This document shows positions 28,501 to 35,694 of a DNA stretch of 64,000 nt, one piece after another. The notes under the pieces were generated by a model that had not been told where the DNA came from, did not search any database, and saw nothing but the letters and a program-made list of their open reading frames with translations. The translations under genes and the position numbers were made by a program. The number at the start of each line of letters is the position of its first letter. The first letter of the stretch is position 1. The stretch comes from a virus (lineage: Duplodnaviria > Caudoviricetes): positions 39,258 through 103,257 of the IMG/VR virus record IMGVR_UViG_2595698621_000001; one strand, given 5' to 3'.

Positions 28501-28713
28501 CTTCGTGAGCAGGGTGACTTCGAGCCTGTCACCAACGTGGTCGACTGGGGTGATATGTCGTCGAACAACAGCTACCAATTCGTCACTGAGGATGGGCGAT
28601 ATAACGGCGAGGTAGTTGGAATCGACGAGGACACCGTAACAATCACTCAGCCGGGTGTCGGTGAATCGACGGTCGACCGTGCAGGAGTTGAGGAAATCCG
28701 ACGGAGGGCGTGA
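25573..28713 (+). CDS. Large modular head-associated protein with a zincin metallopeptidase domain
   Basis: HEMGH at about 27571 with downstream ELMA; N-terminal repeats shared with the ORF at 31671; SH3-like repeats. Confidence 0.65.
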   Translation: MTEELDIREQVRVYVSDLVDAPASADLEVADEDDPGEYYYEVPLSELGKKVGKRYVRYEGPEGRGFFDTARGVLKVRPAREDEETNADAVKNEVVSKADQILEKYKIYVSDADTLSEARQMAPEWADVQETEQGAFYYEKLPGQGDGDEEQEYETGQYDVDTTFGSIVADRVLNDDVGDIPVDDFYEHMSEVEDPDLVKDALQAEMEGPNRKTGKQFIESRARDLGIDLDLFYKERGPDETTDGTLTSLTDLDVTVEDLPDEPVILADESDHCNRDWTYREVWNEYVEGDRQMPRGIGNPDDVPAGVLKRSLEDLDNPGVLMAFYEKGNYQIRRDVSEILEEEHGVIPKVETVPGKYRFDLDGMQEFMTDEEAQNLEPGDVVAIDDFAGGFQEAEVVEVRNAGIEVISPDGRGASQEIPLTNIYTPEYYLASALEKDGLHQSSMLDWTAPDGLIDKIEDSSVLSRALEWDTDETAMALRPETKEAINSRLFDLEPPDPSEYGMSEEAMNLLHGATWPEWDSRGARKQGTGLSDDLKSVYEGATTEDLEKYRTVCQDNDLDDRANVVTGMLFYRDDSDVDIQDVFEYERTAHGNYSGVTDNAKDRIMGAAEDTMHNMEPHIGGQLGGHIEKFELQMPPDGSNWVGQSQGGGRVMAIDDPYNVEKTTSHEMGHAFHNFLGVENDGYGTIDNRDHSNDPSRWKFGAKAPGNDNRAANEFYDDMKGEWEKYKDTMAGKRSDANEIRSYQKRHGVELMAVGFAHWNMDPFKLRNRHPGLAKAFDKHLGDGIVDPLDPEEVETGEYYEVAKEGMSRMTVEVTDVVQNSRGGYSYDVQVVEGDLSGTRTTLNSDNTFFEGKAEDYQPLEYGHGTKYTVETQSGEKTAYIDRETRALGGDFFVRDEMGRPIGQWTKDQLERNLVSRDFEEGEVPWSPDRAEKGDLVEMYGVEVNVRDADDFNNELVLEDSNGETQTLSFDEVNELREQGDFEPVTNVVDWGDMSSNNSYQFVTEDGRYNGEVVGIDEDTVTITQPGVGESTVDRAGVEEIRRRA

Positions 28714-30737
28714 AAATGCAAGTAGACATAGGCAACTACCACAAAGAGAAGAAGGTCGGTACAATCGACGACGAGGGTAACCTCGAGACAGATAGCAAGG
28801 CACTTCGGGGAGTCGCAGAGCCGATTATCGAGGAAGGCGTCTACGGATACTATCCGTTTCACGTCGATGGCGACGACGGCGAGACGCATATCGAGTACAA
28901 GGAGTTCCATATCACACCCGGGACAACGGGGTTCCTGCGTGAGTTCTTCGACGACCTCCCCTCGCCGTTCGACTGTGATATGGACGTCCTGCGTGACCTC
29001 CCAACGTTCGACCCCGACGCTCATCTCGAGGAGAAACTACGTAAGGACGACTTCCCACCTGAGTGTCGTTCGTGCGGGGAGAACAGGCGTATGCGCGGTT
29101 CCTTTGTCTGTCCGTTGTGTCACCCGGACGAAGACGAGGAATCGTATGACGGGCCGTTAGCGGGCGGAGACACGAAGGAGAAGATGGTCGAGGGGGCTCT
29201 TCAGTCGCTCGTGTCGAAGGAGTGGGTTGCTGACCCGACCGACGAAGCACCGAACAGGTGGACGAATACCGAAACAGGAGAGCACCGCTATCAAGAGAGG
29301 AAACCTGGTAGTAGTGAAGCTGGTAATGAAGACCCCGAACTTCCCGAAGGATGGACCGAGCCGTATGACAGTATTCGGGATTATGAGGTTGGTGAACGAG
29401 TCGCGTTTATCAGCGAGGAAGGGGAGGAGGTCTTCGGTGAGATAACTGTTGCTGACCCCGAAGGGTTGAGTATAGAGGGTGAAGACGGGCAAGAGCACTA
29501 TGTTATACCTGGTCTCGATAGTGCGCAGATAACGTCTGTCGAGGAGGGTAGCGGCGGTCTCGATATTGAAGGTGACGATGTAGACCTGTCTGAGTGGGAT
29601 GACCCTCTCGACGATATTAGCTCGTATAACGAGGGTGATGAGGTAGTCGTCGAGGTCGGTGATACTCAGGTTGAAGGAGTGGTTCAGAACGTTATTGACG
29701 GGCGAGGTTCGAGTGTGGAGGTAGATGTCGGTGACCGCGTCCTCACTGTCACGGTTTCTAATGACGTGAGTATATCAGGTGTGCAAGGACACGAGGACAG
29801 TGCTCAATCTGACCCCGATGTTTCTCTCACTGAGATTCCTGAGCCGGAGGGTGATGAAGTGTCCTCGTTCGAGGACCTCGGTGTTGATTTGTCGGAGACT
29901 GAACGTGGGCTTGAGTTCCAGAACCGTCCCGACGATGAGACGCTCCTCGCTGGAGATGCTCGTAACAAAATTGAGAAGCACTTCGAGGGCAAATACGGCG
30001 AGGAAGCGCTTGACGCATATACGAAGTGGCGTGGTGACTCGTACACAGACAACGCGCAAGAAGTCTCTCGAACGATAACCGAAACTTTGGGATGGGAGGG
30101 GGATATCCGAAACGACGTGCTTGAGGGTGGTCAGCCGAGTGAAGGAGCGAAAGAAATGCAGCGGGAGGTTACAGCACTGTCGCGGGATTTCTTCCGAGAT
30201 ACTTTCGGTGAGACCGGAGAGTTATCCCGCGCACTTCCCCGTAAACATCGAACGCAAGCTATCGAGGAGATGCTCCTCGACCCAGACGCTGACTCGTTCG
30301 AGGTTAGTCAGAACGCTGTTGACAACTGGACAACGGCGGAGAAAACTTTAGACGAGTTCTCAGGTTCGGACGGTATGATTATGGAGGTTGAACGTTCGGT
30401 AGATGAAGTCGCTGTCGCTACGACAAGCTGCTTTAGCACGCTCAACGCTGAGTACGGTGATGAGTATGTTATGAAGGGAATCGACAGCGTTGAGCGGTCT
30501 GATGTAAAGATGAAGCACGAAGGTCGGACTGTCAACCTTTCGTCTGATATATCGGAGATGGACAGCGGGGATATAGGTACTCTCGCTCGGGTGTGCATCG
30601 ACGAGTATGAAGAAGGCAACTTATCTGATGAGGCCAGGGAATCTCTTAAACCGTTCCTAAAGCGGTTGGATGAGCACTACGAAGGTAGCGGTGAAACGGC
30701 TATGGCGTTGGAATACTACATCGAGGAGGAACTATGA
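28710..30737 (+). CDS. Modular head-associated protein with a C-terminal ADP-ribosyltransferase-like domain
   Basis: LSR...NWTT...EYGDEYV, paralogous to the domain in the ORF at 31671; CRSC/CPLC; shared KEWVxDP module. Confidence 0.55.
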   Translation: MKMQVDIGNYHKEKKVGTIDDEGNLETDSKALRGVAEPIIEEGVYGYYPFHVDGDDGETHIEYKEFHITPGTTGFLREFFDDLPSPFDCDMDVLRDLPTFDPDAHLEEKLRKDDFPPECRSCGENRRMRGSFVCPLCHPDEDEESYDGPLAGGDTKEKMVEGALQSLVSKEWVADPTDEAPNRWTNTETGEHRYQERKPGSSEAGNEDPELPEGWTEPYDSIRDYEVGERVAFISEEGEEVFGEITVADPEGLSIEGEDGQEHYVIPGLDSAQITSVEEGSGGLDIEGDDVDLSEWDDPLDDISSYNEGDEVVVEVGDTQVEGVVQNVIDGRGSSVEVDVGDRVLTVTVSNDVSISGVQGHEDSAQSDPDVSLTEIPEPEGDEVSSFEDLGVDLSETERGLEFQNRPDDETLLAGDARNKIEKHFEGKYGEEALDAYTKWRGDSYTDNAQEVSRTITETLGWEGDIRNDVLEGGQPSEGAKEMQREVTALSRDFFRDTFGETGELSRALPRKHRTQAIEEMLLDPDADSFEVSQNAVDNWTTAEKTLDEFSGSDGMIMEVERSVDEVAVATTSCFSTLNAEYGDEYVMKGIDSVERSDVKMKHEGRTVNLSSDISEMDSGDIGTLARVCIDEYEEGNLSDEARESLKPFLKRLDEHYEGSGETAMALEYYIEEEL

Positions 30738-31624
30738 TAAACACCAAGAACGACCCCGAAGTTATTAACTGGTTGGCGGAAGCGATTGAAAGCATCGAGC
30801 AGAAAGAAGAGGACAAAACGGATGAGAAGGATGGTGTGACGACAAGCACGGGCGGGTACAGCAACGCCGTGTATGGTGGCGTGTCGGGTAGCACTGTTCC
30901 TGATGACCACTGGGAATCTGACTATATGGACTTGTCGAAACGACAGAGTCTCACTGAGAAATGGGAAGAATCGGACCTCGACTTCGACGACGTAGACGAG
31001 CTGATGTTTAACGCCTTCCGTCGCACTGTGTGGTGGGAGCCTGACGATGGCGAGGACTTCTCGAAGGCGCCTGATATGTGGCGTTCCGATGACTACGTGC
31101 CAGAATTCGTCAAGGAGTTCATCCGCGAAGTCATCAAGAACGGAGTCATCTACGACCAATTCAAAGATGTCCCGAAAGCGGCGATTATCAAAATCGAGGA
31201 GATATTCCGTGACAGCCTGACTCAGCCGCAGGGATGGAGCGTTCACTCACTCGCGTCTGACCTCGAAGACGAGTTCCCTGGACTGTCGATGAGTCAGGCA
31301 CAGACAATCGCCAGGAACGAGACAGCGGCTATTATGAATACTGCTCGGGAGGAAGCGTACAAATCCCGTCCTGACGAGGAGGAGTATGAGTACTACTGGT
31401 CGAATCCGCAGGACCACCGAACGACTGACGTCTGCAACGAGATTATCGAGGAGATTGATAATCAAGGCGGCGCAGTCGACCTCCCGACGCTCAAGGATAT
31501 CTTGATGGACAAGGCACGGAAATACAAAGATGACCCGGAAAACGGAGGAACCCCTGGGCGTGTCGGTGAGTGGTTACCCCACTTCGAGTGCCGAAGCACG
31601 TTCGTCCGTGAGGTCTACCTGTGA
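30734..31624 (+). CDS. MuF/SPP1 gp7-like head morphogenesis protein
   Basis: AQTIARNET, YYW...DHRTTDVC, PHFECRS. Confidence 0.88.
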   Translation: MINTKNDPEVINWLAEAIESIEQKEEDKTDEKDGVTTSTGGYSNAVYGGVSGSTVPDDHWESDYMDLSKRQSLTEKWEESDLDFDDVDELMFNAFRRTVWWEPDDGEDFSKAPDMWRSDDYVPEFVKEFIREVIKNGVIYDQFKDVPKAAIIKIEEIFRDSLTQPQGWSVHSLASDLEDEFPGLSMSQAQTIARNETAAIMNTAREEAYKSRPDEEEYEYYWSNPQDHRTTDVCNEIIEEIDNQGGAVDLPTLKDILMDKARKYKDDPENGGTPGRVGEWLPHFECRSTFVREVYL

Positions 31625-31670
31625 CTACAACACTGATTTATCCTCGGCGAGGTAAAAACGAGGTAAGAGT

Positions 31671-34600
31671 ATGACTGACGACCTCGCAGAAAAAGCGGCG
31701 AAGTTGGTTTCGTCCGCGCTTGAGAAGGAAGAGAGGGTTTACATCGACAACCCGTCCGAAGCACCTGACAACGTGCAAGTTCAAGAAGGTGACCAGGGAG
31801 GTACGTATTACGTCGCTGGTGACGCAGAAGGGTCGTCGAGTCAGGAGGGCGACGGAGATGGTGGGAGTGGAGGCGAGGATGAAGTCGAGTGGGTCGATAC
31901 GCCTCACGGTAAGGTTCCTGACACGGCTGGGCCTATCCCGCCTGATATGCGGGACGAGCCTATCGGTTCTGATTCTCACCCTGTTCTGTGGAAGCGTCCT
32001 GACGGCGAGGAAGAACTGAACGAGTACATCAGCGCCATCGAGGATACTGAGTGGTACGGCGAAGGCAGTGAGATTTTCGAGCGTGCGTTTCACGGAGATG
32101 AGAACACCGAGAATCAATACACCGACGAGGATGGTAACTGGGGCGAGGACCGTCTCGAAAAGCACGAAGAGTGGTCAGAAGAACTTCTGAACGAAGACGC
32201 TGCGACAGATGAAGATGAGCAGCCAATCGGTATGATTCTCCTCGGTCCTCCTGGCGCAGGCAAGGGATGGTGGCAGGAACAGGTCGAGCAGGGTGCATAT
32301 GGCGAGACTGGAGAATTCGTCGAGCGTGAGTTCACTGCGATTTCTTCGGACAGGACGAAGGAGCCGATTCCTGAATACAACGAGACGAACGCTTCCGAGG
32401 TACACGACGAAGCCTCGAAGATGGCGAAGGAGAACCTCGCTCCGTCGGCAATCGGAAACGAGCACAACGTGATAGTCGATAAGGTGGCTACGTCCCCTGA
32501 CAGCACTCTCGATATGATAGAGTCGATGAGAGAGAAGGGGTACGATATTCGAGCGAACTTCGTCAACGTTCCCACTGAGAAGGCGGTTCACAACGCAGTA
32601 AGTCGGTATCACGAGGAGGGACGATTTACTCCTCTCGAGTTCGTCAACGGCGCTGGAGAATCGTCGCGTGAGTCGTTCAATACGATTCTCGACGAAGGCG
32701 GTATCCCCGACGAGAAAGCGGGACGTTTCGACAACGACGTAGAATGGGGCAACGCTCCAGAGGCAGAATACATCGGCGAGGAATTGCTCAAAGCCCTGCT
32801 CCAGGCGCTCGCAAAGTATAAATACACCCCTGACGAAGAACGACACGGAGAAAGTAATGCCAGAACGTCCAGGTCCCGACGCGACCGCCGCCGAGATAGC
32901 GGAGTGGATGGAGGAAGACTTCGGCGAGGCGGTGGCGGAGGGGATGAAGGAAGCGGCCGAAGACGACGAGGAGTAGTCGCCCTCGACGACCTCGTAAAAG
33001 AGGCCGAGCAGATTTTCGTCGATAACGTACACGAAGCTCCAGACGATTCTGTCGTCCACGTTGACCCCGACGAAGATGCCAAAGAGCGGATGTACTACGT
33101 CGCAGAAAAAGCCGCGGAGGTCGTTACCGAGGATTTTCTGAAGGAGTGGGTGAGTGACCCTTCCGACGACGCCCCTAATCGTTGGAGAAACACAGAGACA
33201 GGCGAGTACAGGTATCAGGAGAACAAGCCTGGGTCAGATGAGGGAGGCGAGCAGGAAGGCGAGAGCGACGGTTCTGTGTCGGATGACGTGGTCGTGGACG
33301 ACGTGCAGTGGAATGATATGCCTGGAGGAACGGTTGTCGCTTTCGACACAGCGGATGGCGATTGGGAATCTGGCGACTTCGAGGGATACGACGATGAGGG
33401 CAACGCCATCGTCGAAGGTCACAGCGATGGTGAAGAATGGGTCGTTTCTCCTGACGACGCTACGAACGTTATGCTCCCTGAAGACCAACCCGACAACGAC
33501 GACAACGAAGACGACGAAGACGAGGAAGAGCAAGAGGTCTCGGGAATAGATATTGACTACGATAACTTCCGTCGTATCGCTATCGGTCAGTTATTCGAGG
33601 ACGAGAGTGACAAGCAGGACGAATCTTACCTCGAAGTCGATACCGAAGATGGCGTCGAGATTCGTCAGATAGAAGATATCGTCAACGACCCCGCTGCAAC
33701 CTTCGGAGACAGGCAGGGGTACATCGAGCTCGACGACGGTTCGTATATGAATCTGATGGGCGAGGTCCACGAAAATATGCCCGACGACGCTACTGAGGAG
33801 AACACGCACGCTATGACAGCGGCAGATGGGCTCGTTCCCGCCGACCCTGAACCGTCTGGGTCTGAGGACGTAGACGACTGGAACGTCGATTGGGGCGAGG
33901 TTGTGTTTAGCAATCACGGAGACGAGACTGAAGATTCGGGACGAGACCTCCGTCGTCTGAACCGAGACCAAAAGCGTCGTTTCAAAAACGAGTGGGAGGA
34001 GGTCGCTTCTGAGGAGGGCATCGCTGAGGTGACGAAAACTCTCCAGACCATCAAGGGTTCAACGTTCAACGAGCGAGGCGCTCACTACGATAAGCTCGTT
34101 ATGGAGACGTTCGGAGTCGAAGGCGAACCTCGTTCGGGTGTTGAGGCACGCGGAGGTGACAGAGAAATCGACCCTGAAGATGTGCCTGACGTGTCCGACG
34201 ACGCAGTCGAAGCGTTTGAGTTCTTTAGTGCCGCGTCTCAAAAATTCTTCAGAGAGAACTACGGTGACGAGGCAGCGATTCATAGAGGGATGGGAGAACA
34301 CGCCGTGAAGGAGATGGCTCCTGCACTCGCTGAACGTATCGCTGACGAGTCAGACGAGGCTATCACTGTTCGAGACAACCCCGCTGCTGTGTTTACGACC
34401 GACAAGGGGATGTCTCACTCCTACGACAAAGGTCTCGTCGTCAGCAAGAACATCTCGTCAGATGAGGTGTTCGCTATGCCCGAGGCGCTTCTCAGTATGG
34501 AGCAAGGTCCTGGTCCTGATTGGAACGAAGGCGAGGTAAACGTCAACGGGTGGGACCAGGAAATCTCGCTTGACGAAGTGAGAGCGGACTCGACAGACAC

Positions 34601-35303
34601 TACCTACGGTGAGCTCGTCGATGAACCCGGTCGTGCGATACTCGAGGCAGATGATGACCGCGTGTTCTCCTCGCTCGTCAACACGGTCAGGCGTGACCCT
34701 GAAGCCGCGCACGCTGTCTTCCGTAAACTCAACAACTCACCTGGTGCTATCTCATCGACTATCGAGGAGCGTCACCCAGAGGACTGGTCTCGTTTGAGCG
34801 CCGCTGCTGCTGAAGCGGTGAAGCAGGACGATAAGGCAGATGGGGTTGTCGATATTCGGAGTGAAGCAGATTGGTTGTCTGAGGCAGCAGAGGACGCATA
34901 CGACGGTGACGAGGAGGAGTCGGATGTGAAGAACAAACTGATGAGAAAGGTCGTGAGCTGGATTCCTCTCGCGTCTGAATCTTCTGACCCTTCACGCGAG
35001 CGCGTAGACGAAGACTGGAACGAAGTCGAGGACGAGGAAGAGCTTTCGTACAAGGCGAGCAAAGTCGTATGGGGTAATGTGGGTGGCGACCCGTTCACTG
35101 ACTACGACGTTCTCGAGGAGTTCTGTAATGCTCTCGAGGAAGAAGGAGCGTCTGTTCTTCTCGGTGATGAACCGTGGGAAGAGGCGAGTGGGCACCACGA
35201 CCGTCCCGTCCGTGCGTTCGGTATCACGCTCGAAGATGCCGAGGACATCTGGGAAGAGTATGAAGACGAGTCGTATGGCCTGACTGGTCCTTCTTCTGAG
35301 TAA
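31671..35303 (+). CDS. Large modular protein: zeta-toxin-like P-loop kinase plus ART-like domain
   Basis: GPPGAGKG, ISSD, VHDEAS, NVIVD, SRY...GRFTP; IHRG...FTT...EGEV. Confidence 0.72.
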   Translation: MTDDLAEKAAKLVSSALEKEERVYIDNPSEAPDNVQVQEGDQGGTYYVAGDAEGSSSQEGDGDGGSGGEDEVEWVDTPHGKVPDTAGPIPPDMRDEPIGSDSHPVLWKRPDGEEELNEYISAIEDTEWYGEGSEIFERAFHGDENTENQYTDEDGNWGEDRLEKHEEWSEELLNEDAATDEDEQPIGMILLGPPGAGKGWWQEQVEQGAYGETGEFVEREFTAISSDRTKEPIPEYNETNASEVHDEASKMAKENLAPSAIGNEHNVIVDKVATSPDSTLDMIESMREKGYDIRANFVNVPTEKAVHNAVSRYHEEGRFTPLEFVNGAGESSRESFNTILDEGGIPDEKAGRFDNDVEWGNAPEAEYIGEELLKALLQALAKYKYTPDEERHGESNARTSRSRRDRRRDSGVDGGRLRRGGGGGDEGSGRRRRGVVALDDLVKEAEQIFVDNVHEAPDDSVVHVDPDEDAKERMYYVAEKAAEVVTEDFLKEWVSDPSDDAPNRWRNTETGEYRYQENKPGSDEGGEQEGESDGSVSDDVVVDDVQWNDMPGGTVVAFDTADGDWESGDFEGYDDEGNAIVEGHSDGEEWVVSPDDATNVMLPEDQPDNDDNEDDEDEEEQEVSGIDIDYDNFRRIAIGQLFEDESDKQDESYLEVDTEDGVEIRQIEDIVNDPAATFGDRQGYIELDDGSYMNLMGEVHENMPDDATEENTHAMTAADGLVPADPEPSGSEDVDDWNVDWGEVVFSNHGDETEDSGRDLRRLNRDQKRRFKNEWEEVASEEGIAEVTKTLQTIKGSTFNERGAHYDKLVMETFGVEGEPRSGVEARGGDREIDPEDVPDVSDDAVEAFEFFSAASQKFFRENYGDEAAIHRGMGEHAVKEMAPALAERIADESDEAITVRDNPAAVFTTDKGMSHSYDKGLVVSKNISSDEVFAMPEALLSMEQGPGPDWNEGEVNVNGWDQEISLDEVRADSTDTTYGELVDEPGRAILEADDDRVFSSLVNTVRRDPEAAHAVFRKLNNSPGAISSTIEERHPEDWSRLSAAAAEAVKQDDKADGVVDIRSEADWLSEAAEDAYDGDEEESDVKNKLMRKVVSWIPLASESSDPSRERVDEDWNEVEDEEELSYKASKVVWGNVGGDPFTDYDVLEEFCNALEEEGASVLLGDEPWEEASGHHDRPVRAFGITLEDAEDIWEEYEDESYGLTGPSSE
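32857..32976 (+). CDS. Nested 39-aa acidic ORF in an alternative frame (candidate antitoxin)
   Basis: MPERPGPDATAAEIAEWMEEDFGEAVAEGMKEAAEDDEE; upstream AAAGTATAAATA; the host frame is atypically Arg/Gly-rich here. Confidence 0.55.
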   Translation: MPERPGPDATAAEIAEWMEEDFGEAVAEGMKEAAEDDEE

Positions 35304-35532
35304 CCCCGGTCACGTCTCGTCGCCAATTTCTCTTAGGCTTAGACTCACCCGGAGACGGTCAGAGAACGTGTTGAACTTAGGTTTTGACGCTTACTCTTTT
35401 CGGGTACAGAGATAGTCCGTGGTACGATAGGTGTATATAAACTATTTTTAGGTTAGAGTTAGACAACGAGAGTCTCTGGCTTCAAGATGGTTAAGGTGAA
35501 CTACGAAGTACGTAGGCACAGAGGCGCCAGGG

Positions 35533-35694
35533 ATGACAGAATGCCCCAACTGCGGCGAGAACGTTTCCGCTCAGACGGAGAAGAACCTGAAAGGTCGTCC
35601 GTCTGCAAAGGCCCAACCTCAGGAGTGTCCTGAGTGTGGGCACGAGCTGGAAAAAGCGCCCCGTCGCAGTAACAGGAACCTTCTCAACAAATAA
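35533..35694 (+). CDS. Small CPxCG zinc-finger protein (53 aa)
   Basis: MTECPNCG...CPECG; stop overlaps the protease ATG. Confidence 0.65.
   Translation: MTECPNCGENVSAQTEKNLKGRPSAKAQPQECPECGHELEKAPRRSNRNLLNK

Noticed and set aside
32820-32980. Sequencing frameshift in the 1210-aa gene
   Set aside because: The main frame stays open and resumes with module A, while the alternative frame has its own ATG and stop. A nested ORF fits better, though reads were not available to check.
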